64,000 nt of DNA from Antedon mediterranea. Lineage: Eukaryota > Animalia > Echinodermata. The translations under genes and the position numbers were made by a program. Where the stretch lies: NCBI RefSeq assembly GCF_964355755.1, contig NC_092673.1:9672001-9736000 (forward strand), written 5' to 3'. Under the pieces are notes generated by a model. It was not told the DNA's origin. It saw nothing but the letters and a program-made list of their open reading frames with translations, and did not search any database. Numbering within the stretch: position 1 is the first letter of the stretch; every line of letters starts with the position of its first letter. Shown piece after piece: positions 38,090 through 49,631 of the stretch.

Positions 38090-41000
38090 AAACCGCTTCA
38101 TTTGTTTGAAAGAAAGAAGTGTTTTTAATCGTGCTCTTCAGTGTGTTTGAAATTCAGTTTTTCCAAGTGAATTTGACTTTGCTATGGTGTTTTGGATGTA
38201 TCCAGTCGTTATTATTTCACTGGTGAACATTCTTGTTGGTATTTATGTTTGATCTGTGGTCCAATTTCGTGAATTTTAGATGTTTTTTGATGTATTTGTG
38301 CCATCGGAACTAAGGAATTCCGGATCACACCGTGATTTGCATTTCGCGCCAAACCAGCTGCTGTAGTAGCCTACGGTGTAGTACACTGGCTCGCTCGTTG
38401 ATTAGCTGTACCGGTACAACAAACACATATCTGGACCTATTTGAGTTGCCTTATTTAACAACATAATGGCTCTATTTAGTTGTTTGATGACATTACTCTG
38501 CACATTATTTCTGAGATCAATCATATTTCAACCAGGTTCATTTGATTGTCTGGTTCGTCAACTCAGCTATAATAACGAAAATGTTCACTATAACATCCGT
38601 GTCGGTGAGTCGTTTTCTCTTGTTTTGCATACATGTGCTAGCATTAATAACACCACAAGAAAACGATATATAAGTAAGCCTGTGAGATATTACGCCAATC
38701 ATTATTCGACTTTTAACCTATGTTTGTTGGTTAGTGGCGACATTCATCCTCACCCAGGCCCAGAGCTGATGCATAGGAACAAGAGCCAGCATATTGGAAA
38801 CGGTAATAGTACGAAGAATACATGTGAATCTTGCGCTAAAACGACGAGACGCAATAAAAAATGTCTGATTTGCTGTGAATGTCATCAATCCATGAGCGTG
38901 TAACATCTGCTCCCTACCACAACTATCGGACTCATTTTTTGACAACTTCTTGAACAACAACAGTATATTGTCACTTGCATCCAGCAATACATCAACTGAT
39001 TCCTCCATCATTGAAACTAACCTTATTCAAGTTGCTTTATTTAACGCCAGAAGTGTGGTGAATAAGATCGAAGAATTCCATGCGCGTATCGCAATTGATG
39101 AATTGGACATCTTGATTGTCACAGAAACGTGGCTGGACTCCTCTATTGATAGTACGGAACTGTTTCCAGACTCATTCGTTGTGTACAGAAAAGACCGTTC
39201 AAGACACGGTGGTGGTGTTCTGTTAGCTTTGAAGAACTCATTTAAATCCTCTATTGTTGACTTTCCTACTAACATTGAGGTCAAAATTATTGAAATAACT
39301 GTAAATAACAATTTTAACGTTTTAATATGTGCTGTTTATAGGCCACCGAGTTCAAATGACGATTGGCTCAATCAATTCCACGATGTCGTTGATTTTATCC
39401 TATCTATTTTACATAAGTACTGTGGTATAATTTTAACTGGTGATTTTAATTATGATTACGGTGTTGATAGTCCCTTAGTTTATAAGAAATTTAAAGAAAT
39501 TATTGCTCCACTTGATACTATACAATTTGTTGATTTTTTTACTCATGTTTCTAACACCAAAAGTGGCATTATTGGTCTGGTCTTGTGCAATAACCCTGAC
39601 ATTGTATGTAATTTCAGAAGTCATCCCGGTCTCAGTACAAGTGACCACCTTGGGGTTTATTTTAATATTAACGCTAGACGCAGTAAAGTTAAACCTGTAG
39701 ATAGATATTATTATCAATATAGTAAATGTGACCATGACGATCTTTTTACAACGTTGGGGGCGGTTCCTTGGGGCCTGTGCCTGGAACAATCAGACTGTGA
39801 GGAAATGTGGGAAAATTTTAAAGACCTTTTTCTCGCCACTATCAACGATTGTATCCCTAAAGTCAAAAGTAAAAAGAGAAACAGGCCAGCTTGGATAACT
39901 CAAGAAATGGTTTCCATGGCTCGTAAAAAGAAACGAATGCTAAAAGAGGCTCATCGTCATCCTCATAACCCAAGTAAGATGGACAAATATAGAAAGTTTA
40001 GTAATAAATTAAGAAACCTAACAAAAAAAGCTCATCTACAATATATTAGGAAATTAAGTGTCGCCTGTGTAAATGGTGACTCAAAACGTTTTTTTAGTTA
40101 TGTTAAGACAAGGCGTAAGACTGGACAAGTCAAAAACTTTGTTTTTAACGGTATACGGTACCCTTGATTTCCGATGTCGATGCGGTAAATGCATTTTCCA
40201 CATTCTTTGCGTCAAACTTTAACGAACCTAATCGTAATTTCAATGTTAACCATGAGATCTGTAATTGCGTTCACCCAGATATTGTTCCCCTTAATAACAT
40301 TAATATTACTGAAAAAACTATTTTCGAGGCTCTATTGTCCTTGAAACCCAACAAATCCCCTGGACCTGACGGGATTACACCTAAAATGTTATCCATGTCA
40401 GCTCCAATTATTGCCCCAGTGTTGTGCAAAATGTTTAACAAGTTCTTAACGGATGGCTTTGTACCAAAAGATTGGAAACTCGCGAATGTCACTCCTATTT
40501 TTAAGTCAGGTAATCGTAACGATGTTAATAATTATCGACCCATATCGCTATGTTCTATTATAGGTAAGGTTTTTGAACGTATTATAGCAGATAACATTCT
40601 TTTTCATCTTCAATTTTTTGGATTTATAAGTCCCACGCAACACGGGTTTTATCCAGGTAGATCGTGTATTACACAGGCCTCAGTGTTATATCATGATTGG
40701 TCAGAAACAATGGATGTTAGACAACCTCCTGTAATTGATGCAATATTCCTTGATTGGGAGAAGGCCTTTGACCATGTTCCTCATGATTTAGTAATCAAGA
40801 AACTTCACAACATGGGAGTATGTGGATCTCTCCTAAAGTGTCTTCACTCCTTTCTCAGTGACAGATTCCAACGTGTTGTTCTTAATAAGGAGCATTCTGA
40901 TTGGGATAGAGTGGGCTCGGGTGTTCCTCAGGGATCAGTGTTAGGCCCGCTTCTATTCAATCTCTTTGTTTATGACCTACCTCTAAATACCTCTTCTGTT

Positions 41001-41250
41001 ATGAAGCAGTATGCAGATGATACTGTAATTTATAAACCTATATTCAGTCGTCATGATGCACTTACCTTACAACAGGATCTTTGTAAAATTTCCAAATGTT
41101 GTGAGGATAATAAAATGAAATTAAATGCAAAGAAGTGTAAAGTCATGCACATAACTAGGAAACGTAATTATATCCCTCATTTCATTTATAAAATCAAATC
41201 CAATCCCCTTGAAGCTGTTAATTCACATAAATATCTTGGTATTAACTTCT
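38090..41250 (+). mobile_element. CR1/L2-group (Jockey-group) LINE, 3'-truncated
   Basis: A putative 5' UTR is followed by a leader/PHD ORF and APE and RT ORFs. The sequence switches to non-LINE DNA after HKYLGINF at ~41250. Confidence 0.9.
38466..41250 (+). pseudogene. LINE polyprotein: hydrophobic leader, 2A-like motif, PHD, APE endonuclease, reverse transcriptase
   Basis: Leader/PHD: LLVSGDIHPHPGP, CESCAK..CCEC. APE: FNARS..ETWLD..YRKDR..GGGV..YRPP..GDFN..SDH. RT: KSPGPDGI..NYRPISL..QHGF..KAFDHVPH..GVPQGSVLGPLLF..YADDT. Frame breaks at ~38900 and ~40165. Confidence 0.9.
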
Positions 41251-41390
41251 GTGAAAAAAATCCAAAGTCCTTATACGATGACGTCACACACGTACCAGCA
41301 CCCCATTGGCCGATTATGACGTAATGCAATTTTACCGTACCTTTAGTAAACGGAAGTTAGGATACGGTACCGTATCTTTAGCCACGGCGT
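41250..41390. mobile_element. Solo right end of a MITE related to 21804-22249
   Basis: TTTTACCGTACCTTTAG...GGATACGGTACCGTATCTTTAGCCACGGCGT. It truncates the LINE. Confidence 0.7.
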
Positions 41391-41697
41391 TAATTCTTTT
41401 CTTTACACTTTTATTGTATACATTAAAAAAATATATAAAAAACCCAACTATGTTTACACAATATTCATTATTATAGTACGATAAACATAATAATACATAA
41501 ATAATTAAAAACATATAGCTGTTAATATTTATTAAGTCACATACGTCTAAAGTCATTTCAATCTGAAAAAAAAGTAAAACAGTTGTATTAAACCACACGT
41601 TGATTTGATTACACGTTGTATAACAAACGCCACACGCGGCGTTTCATACATTCAATTGTGTTTTAATTGGCGACCGTTTCAGTCGGCGACCGTTTCG

Positions 41698-43884
41698 GGG
41701 GTGTCTCGAAAACAGAGACCTCGAAAACAGAGACCAGAGACCCAGGGTCTGTTTTCGAGAAAATCTTGAAAACAGAGACCCCCACTAAAACGTCTCAATA
41801 TTACGTAATATAGGCCTAGGGGGTCTCTGTTTTCGAGAAAATCACGAAAACAGAGACCCCCTATAACGTAATATTGAGACGTTTTAGTGGCGTCTCTGTT
41901 TTCGAGAACTCGAAAACAGAGACCCCCTATATTACGTAATATTGAGACGTTTTAGTGGGGGTCTCTGTTTTCGAGATTTTCTCGAAAACAGAGACCCTGG
42001 CTGGGCTGGGTCTCGGGTAGCTTTATTTAATATCGCTAGAGGGCGCTGTGTATAAGGGAACCAACAATTTAAATACAAAACATGTGTCCCTCCGCGACGG
42101 GGAAATACCTATGTTTGTTTTTGTTTTTCGGCGGACTTATTGTAGTTATGCTGGAACTACTTTCGGATATGACGTCTTGAATATTTGCCAAAAAATATAA
42201 AGTGACCTTTGACTGCGAAATATAATTTTTAGCGTATTTTACGATGGTAACAAGTTTTTGATCGGATTTTACTTACGGAAAACATTAAAGATTAAGTTTT
42301 TTGATCGCATCTCTGTTTTCCTTGGATTTTGAAATATAAAGGTAAGTTTGTTAGATTATTATATTCCTTAGCGCAAAAAAATGAGAGAGTGCGAAAAGTG
42401 ACCCTATTTAAAAATTGATTAGGCTAGGCCATTATAGAGGGCGCACTACATTTCGCCTAGGCTGATTGAGAGATTTTCCAAGGCAGGCAAAGTAAACTGA
42501 TGGCATCACCTTGTTGGCCTAGACTATTAAAGATAGTTAACTTGTCTGATTTTACTTTCTTTGTATTAAATTTACCTTTATTTTATGTTATATCCATAAA
42601 AACAACACCAAAAGTGAAATTTATATTTTTAGGCCTAGCAAACCATTAAATAATTTTGATTTTTTTTCCTCTTATTCCTAGGCCCTCTATCTAGTCTAGT
42701 ATAATACAGTAAATAGAACTTTTTTATATTAATTATTATTAATTAGTACTGTAACTAAAATAATTTATTTTTATTTTAACTTTATTTAAATGTTTTTATT
42801 TATTTTCCTAGGCTTATACAGTATATATATAATGTGAACTAGACTTATGCTCAGCAAGACTAATTAATTAATATAGACGTGGTCAACCTTGAATATTGTT
42901 TTTATTTGTATTCCTCATTACTCAAGAAAAGTAGTTTTTCACTATATTGTTAATTTGAACACTAATATTAACTTGGTTTTCTTTTCTTTCTTTACATTCT
43001 AGAATAAATATTTCTGCAGTTTCTGGATGATGTACAGTAAAGAAGTCCATTGAAACCAATTGACTAAAGAAGAAACAACTCTATTCAAATGTTTAATGAA
43101 CTGTATTTCTTATAGCCTGGAAAAGAAATTAAATCAAATTAGTTTCATATTAAACTCCACTTTGATTATTTGATTTCCAAATTAGCACATACAAATTATC
43201 TAAACATTTACTTAAACCATGAAAGGTCTGGCGGCATTGAAAAATGTTAATATTTTATTCCATATTCTAAATTTACTGTACTAAGCGTATGAACTTAACT
43301 GCTAACCAACATAAAATCTTGGATTTATGTAGATATTCAATGATATCTTATGATAATAAACATACAAATATATCATCATTATATCTATTAACCTTTTAAA
43401 GTATGTTTTCTTCAAAAAATTTGGGTTTTTAGGATGGTAAATATATATTTATTAGTGTTTATTACAAATTGACCTTTGACCTTATATGTGATGACCTTTG
43501 ACCTTGTTGCAAAATTTAAGTACTTACTTAATTGTTGGTGTTGCCGTACTAATGTTTCGTAAGAAGTTTATTAAAAAAATATTCATACAAATGGTACTTG
43601 AATTTTCTGTTGTGTATTTGTTTACATAGGCTAAATACACACTGATTACACACAAGGGAAACAATAATAATGCATTATATAATAGGGATATCGGGTTACA
43701 AAAGGTCGACACTAAAATTGCAATATCTTTGGTGATAATTGGCCAAATTTCATAATTTTTGTTTTAAAATGATTCTTTCACTTACCTCTATAATGTAATA
43801 TTGTTTAAAAGACTGTAAATTAAATTTAAAAATTTAGGAAGTAACCTATCTCGGGTCTCGAGGTCTCTGTTTTCGAGACACCCG
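41698..43884. mobile_element. Non-autonomous MULE-like element, 8-9 bp TSD CCGTTTCG(G)
   Basis: GGGGTGTCTCGAAAACAGAGACC...GGTCTCTGTTTTCGAGACACCCG is flanked by CCGTTTCG at 41690 and 43885. Many TCGAAAACAGAGACC subterminal repeats in both orientations (41700-42000). Confidence 0.85.
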
Positions 43885-45264
43885 CCGTTTCGGCTGTAAA
43901 CCGACCTGTATCCCCATAAATAAAGAAATCGTCTTTATGATGGCCCCAATCGTCCGTGGTACCAGCCGATAGTCTGTTTACCATCCTACGTACCTAGCAA
44001 TGGTAGGCCTAGGCTAGGCTAGCATTTACTCACTTTGTGTAGTCCTCTCGCTTTTGTATGTGATACTTCCGTAGTATATTTACTTCGTGAAGGTTATTAT
44101 CAACTTCCCATGATATAAAGTCGACCTTTTTAAGTAATTTTTTTTCATGAAACTTTAACTCTCTCATCTTAAAAAAACGCGTTAATAAATTAATTGAGTC
44201 AATAAACTAAAGCAAAGAATATAGGCCTAGCTAGGCTATATCACTCTTTGACTAAAGTTACAACTCGACTCCCTGCTGATAATCATCAAAAAGCATGGTC
44301 GAAAATTATGGAACGCCGTTACTGCCTTCTTCGGCTCTTTGACCATTACGTTTGTTTTACCATTTCATATGACTCTTTCGTCATTTCATACGGCTCTTTG
44401 ATCGTTCGGTGGTTTTCTATTTTATTTGGTCCTTTTACCATTACGTTCGGTGATTTCATCATTCAGTGCTTTTACCTTTCTAACTATATTTCTCATGGAA
44501 GGCAATCACCGCCAAAAATACATTTACAAACATATAGACAGGTTCCATTTCTCAAAAAACGGCCTAGAAAACGAATCAAGAAGCATTTTTGGGTAGAAGC
44601 TGGGATCCACTTGGTTTAGGATATTTCGACCTCGCTGATTACGAATATGGCGGATCCCAAGCGAAATTCGGCCATCTAAGCCCTTAATTTGCATAATTAA
44701 AAATGGCGGCCATTTTTTATAATTACCCTATATCTCGAGAACCACTAGTCACAGATAATTAATTTTGGTGTCAAAATGTTTTAAATATATGGTTTTATAT
44801 TCACTTTAATGACACATTTTCTCAAAAAATTGATGCAAGTCGTATTTCTGACATTTTGACCTTTGACCTTGATTTATCGTATCTCAGTAACCAATAATCG
44901 GAGAGACACGAAATAGGGCTCAAATTGTTCAGAAACTATACATTCATATTTATTATAATGAAATGTTTTTACAAAAAATGGCCGATTCTACAACTATTGA
45001 CCTTTGAACTATTAGTCAAATATAATAATATAATAATAATATAACTTTGAAAATTGTGGTCTTATGAATTTTTTTTTCTTTTTAAATTGTTTAAAACATG
45101 TGTGTTTCTATCCAGTCTAATGGCATATTTTGTACAAGAATGGCCGATAGTATGGTTATTGACCTTTTAACTACAGCATAGGCCTACTGTATACTAAATA
45201 TAATATAATTGCATAACTATGAAATTATTTATACACAATAATAATTAGTAACATTATAAAATTC

Positions 45265-45980
45265 ACTGCCATCAAATATGATGTGTTATGATTTATATAG
45301 ATTTAAAAAGGAATTTGAATACGCAAGTTACATTTTTTGAAATTTGAAATTTGAAATTACCTGCCATCAATATGATGGAGTGTGCTTATAGATTTTCTAA
45401 AATGTGAACATGTCAGCTACATTTGGAAATTACCTGCCATCAATATGATGGATTATGATTATAGATTTAAATAAAAATTTGAACACGTAACCTACATTAG
45501 AAAATTACCTGCTATCAATATGATGGATTATGATTATAGATTTAAAAAAGAATTTGAACACGTCAGCTACATTTGGAAATTTGGAAATTACCTGCCATCA
45601 ATATGATGGATTATGATTGTATAGTACCTGCCATCAATATGATGGATTATGATTATAGAATTAAAAAAGAATTTGAACACGTCAGCTACATTTGGAAATT
45701 GGGAAATTACCTGCCATCAATATGATGGATTATGATTATAGATTTTAAAAAGAATTTGAACACGTAAGCTACATTTGGAAATTTGGAAATTACCTGCCAT
45801 CAATATGATGGATTATGATTGTATAGTACCTGCCATCAATATGATGGATTAGGATTATAGATTTAAAAAAGAATTTGAACACGTAAGCTACATTTGAAAA
45901 TTACTTGCCATCAATATGATGGATTATGATTGTATAGATTTAAAAGAAAATGTGAACACGTACGTAAGCTACATTTGGAA
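45265..45980 (+). repeat. Minisatellite (~40-85 bp units containing the CCATCA-ATA-TGATGG hairpin), mirrored at ~47490-47990
   Basis: Repeated AAATTACCTGCCATCAATATGATGGATTATGATTATAGATTTAAAAAAGAATTTGAACACG. Copy number differs between arms. Confidence 0.9.
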
Positions 45981-46009
45981 TGAACATGTTAAGGGCATCA
46001 GTTAAGATC

Positions 46010-47100
46010 ATTCATGCAAAGGTTTCCGTCATCTTTAGCGTTGTTACAGCGGCATAAAGCTGTACATGGTAGTTTTGACTTCTTGCACCTACATCTATTG
46101 GCAGGTTATGTATCGTGTCTTGCATCCACAATAAATCATCTCTAACGAAGCAGTAGGAATAGCTTCATTTTTCAGAAGCACTGGTTGAAGTTTACCATTA
46201 GATAGCTCCCAACCAAAATATGTTGGTGATGGCAAATGCTGGATTGGCGATACAGCTTTTTTCCATACGAGTGCTTGGAAGTGTGCTCTTTTTATATGTT
46301 GGTGCACTGCATCGCTTGTTGGAGGTAATGCCTTTTTTTTTTAAAGCCTAACTTTATTGGTACTTTTAACTTGACCAACACCGTAAACGTAGCAAATGAA
46401 TCTTTCCGATTTCATAATAACTTGGTCACTGATAGGTTTTCTCCCAGGTCTTTAATTAGTTCATACCTTTTTTTAATACTTCCCATGCCGATGCCTTTGA
46501 GTGACCACTTAGATATGAGCAGTGAAGAGTTAAATTACTGTATGTATGTATTAATATAATTTAACTCTTCCCTGGATATGAGGTAGTATCGCATCCACTA
46601 ATAGTGTGGAATGGAAACAGTGCTTTTGCAGAACCCTCGGGCAAGGCTTGAAAAATGTCTTTTATAGATACTTTCTTTTTTTGGATGTCCCTGTCATCAT
46701 CCATTTGGATACCATGCTTTGGTAGTGAGACACTAGAATCACTAGTACGTCTGTATCCCTAGAAGCAACTACAACTGTGTCGTATCGGACATTGGCAGCA
46801 TGACAAGTCTCGTGTCCGATTCTTCATGGTCTGACCAGAGACAACGTATTCGTGTACAATTTTGATGATTTAACAACTGATTCTTTCATAAATCCACCAG
46901 CTGTGACAATTTCTTTGTCTATAGGAGCTTGACGAATCAACTCCTCTGATAGAAATCGTGTCAGATCTGCATTATTATCTTGTAATGCCAACAAGTTTGA
47001 CCAGCAATTTGGCAGCGGTATTTCACCACTTTCTATAATTCGACGAATTGGTCTCTGTGTTTTGGTTCATCTTTGTCTGGTGGTGTCCTTTATCGACAGT
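46010..47100 (-). pseudogene. Academ-type transposase C-terminal portion (XPG-like nuclease region plus Cys-rich tail), disrupted
   Basis: SIKDTTRQR..PLPNCWSNLLALQDNNADLTRFL..SDHEESDTRLV..VVVASRDTDVLVIL..FHTISGCDTTSY..LPPTSDAVHQHIKRAHFQALVWK..PSPTYFGW..IYCGCKT..CRCKKSKLPCTALCRC. Confidence 0.8.
46520..46574. mobile_element. 55-bp micro-MITE with 18-bp TIRs and 8-bp TSD (hAT- or P-like)
   Basis: GATATGAG|CAGTGAAGAGTTAAATTA...TAATTTAACTCTTCCCTG|GATATGAG. It interrupts the transposase just after GCDTTSY. Confidence 0.85.
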
Positions 47101-47103
47101 TTT

Positions 47104-47470
47104 AAGTTAGGCATGCCATGTTTAAAAAAAAAAAAATTACCTCCAACAAGCGATGCAGTGCACCAGCATCATATAAAAAGAGCACACTTCCAAGCACTCG
47201 TATTGAAAAAAGCTGTATCGCCAATCCAGCATTTGCCATCACCAACATATTTTGGTTGGGAGCTATCTAATGGTAAACTTCAACCAGTGCTTCTGAAAAA
47301 TGAAGCTATTCCTACTGCTTCGTTAGAGATGATTTATTGTGGATGCAAGACACGATGCATAACCATATAGATGTAGGTGCAAAAAGTCAAAACTACCATG
47401 TACAGCTTTAATATGCTACTGTAACAACGCTAAAGATGACGGAAACCTTTGCAAGAATGATCAAAACTGA
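47104..47470 (+). pseudogene. Inverted duplicate of the Academ-type transposase 3' end
   Basis: ORF 47062-47370 (LPPTSDAVHQHHIKRAHFQALV..PSPTYFGW..YCGCKTRCIT) is near-identical to the minus-strand ORF 46095-46307. Confidence 0.85.
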
Positions 47471-49631
47471 TGCCCTTAACATGTTCATTCCCAATGTAGC
47501 TTACGTGTTCACTATTCTTTCAAACCTATACAATTATAATCCATCATATTGATGGCAGGTAATTTCCAAATTTCCAAATGTGGCTGACGTGTTCAAATTC
47601 TTTTTTAATTCTATAATCATAATCCATCATATTGATGGCTGGTACTATACAATCATAATCCATCATATTGATGGCAGGTAATTTCCAAATGTAGCTGACG
47701 TGTTCAAATCCTTTTTTAAATCTATAATCATAATCCATCATATTGATGGCAGGTAATTTTCTAATGTAGCTTATGTGTTCAAATTCTTTTTTAAATCTAT
47801 AATCATAATCCATCATATTGATGGCAGGTAATTTCCAAATGTAGCTGACATGTTCACATTTAAAAAAATCTATAATCATACTCCATCATATTGATGGCAG
47901 GTAATTTTAAATTTCAACAAATGTAACTTGCGTGTTCAATTTTTTTTAAAATCTATATAAATCATAACACATCATATTTGATGGCAGTGAATTTTATAAT
48001 TTTACTAATTATTATTGAGTATAAATAATTTCATAGTTATGCAATTATATTATATTATATTCAGTATACAGTAGGCCTATGCTGTAGTTTAAAGGTCAAT
48101 AACCATACTATCGGCCATTCTTGTACAAAATGTGCCATTAGACTGTATAGAAACACACATGTTTTAAACAATTTAAAAAGAAAAAAAAATTCATAAGACC
48201 ACAATTTTCAAAGTTATATTATTATTATATTATTATATTTGACTAATAGTTCAAAGGTCAATAGTTGTAGAATCGGCCATTTTTTGTAAAAACATTTCAT
48301 TATAATAAATAAGAATGTATAGTTTCTGAACAATTTGAGCCCTATTTCGTGTCTCTCCGATTATTGGTTACTGAGATACGATAAATCAAGGTCAAAGGTC
48401 AAAATGTCAGAAATACGACTTGCATCAATTTTTTGAGAAAATGTGTCATTAAAGTGAATATAAAAACATATATTTAAAACATTTTGACACCAAAATTAAT
48501 TATCTGTGACTAGTGGTTCTCGAGATATAGGGTAATTATAAAAAATGGCCGCCATTTTTAATTATGCAAATTAAGGGCTTAGATGGCCGAATTTCGCTTG
48601 GGATCCGCCATATTCGTAATCAGCGAGGTCGAAATATCCTAAATCAAGTGGATCCCAGCTTCTACCCAAAAATGCTTCTTACATCATATTTCAGAGGAAA
48701 TAGAACTTGTCTAATACAATATATTCGTGGAAATATACAACGTACTCGCAGAAACGTACAACGTACTTGAAGAAAAGGACAACAAAAAGACATTCATAAA
48801 AACGTACAACGTGTTCGCAGAAACAGACAAACACAAAAACGTACAACGAAAATGAATGCGCAGAAAACAACCACGAAATCGTTCATTATATAAAGGGTAT
48901 GGACATTTAGGATGAAAATAGTATAATATTCAATCAAGCATTTCAAAGATAAAGATAACGCGGGTTTTTTTCTCTTTATTATATAGATGCATCTTCCTCA
49001 TGGTTGGTTCCAGAAACGTATAATATCCAAACTATTTACTGTCCCACTAGTTTTATTTACGTACGAGCACGTGCGTAGTTTTGGAACACGTGCTGCACAA
49101 TTTTCTTCTTATAATGTTAATGAGGCCGTAACGGATAATTTATTGCGTGGCCAAGACCACTCAGCTGACCCCAACAACGGTAGGAAAAATGCAAATGTTT
49201 ACTTATTTTTATACGGTCGATTTCTGATTCTGATCGGAAACATGGAAGTGGCCCATTTTGCAGAAGTGATAATCCTGCAAATAAGAAAAATGATAAATAA
49301 ACAAACCTGCGTTATCTTTATCTTTGAATTAAATGCTTGATTGAATATTATACTATTTTCATCCTAAATGTCCATACCCTTTATATAATGGACGATCCAT
49401 GGTTATTTTCTGCGCATTCATTTTCGCGAACACCTTGTACGTTTTTGTGAATGTCTTTTTGTTGTCCTTTTCTTCAAGTACGTTGTATGTTTCTGCGAGT
49501 ACGTTGTACGTTTCTGCGAGTACGTTGTACGTTTCTGTGAGTACGCTGTACGTTTCTGCGTGTACGTTGTATATTTCCACGAATATATTGTATGTTTGTA
49601 ATTGTATTTTTAGCGGTGATTGCCTTCCATA

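Larger units (their letters stand above)
30944..43902 (+). mobile_element. Mutator-like (MULE) DNA transposon, ~13 kb including nested insertions, 8-bp TSD GACCTGTA
   Basis: GACCTGTA at 30936-30943 and 43903-43910. The left end GATGTGTGACTGAAACGGCCACCAA matches the reverse complement of the reconstructed right end TTGGCGACCGTTTCAGTCGGCGACCGTTTCGGCTGTAAACC. It encloses the MULE transposase gene. Confidence 0.75.
44535..48713. mobile_element. Academ-like transposon turned foldback (arms ~1.8 and ~1.6 kb), 3-bp TSD ATA
   Basis: ATA|TAGACAGGTTCCATTTC...GAAATAGAACTTGTCTA|ATA. The empty site AAACATACAAT is seen in the host's other arm. Region ~44578-46354 is mirrored at ~47104-48680. Confidence 0.85.
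44494..49631. mobile_element. Unclassified TIR element (ATGGAAGGCAATCACCGC termini, 2-bp TSD CT or AT) hosting the Academ-like insertion
   Basis: The left arm (44494-44534 plus 48714-48960) is the reverse complement of ~49310-49631. The arms contain 21-bp GTACGTTGTACGTTTCTGCGA repeats. Confidence 0.8.

Noticed and set aside
45360-45980. Regularly spaced palindromic repeats resembling a CRISPR array
   Set aside because: The intervening sequences are themselves repeated rather than unique spacers, there are no cas genes, and the context is eukaryotic TE. It is a minisatellite.
47544-47879. 111-aa ORF with repeated LPAINMMDYDY
   Set aside because: It is only the translation of the minisatellite.
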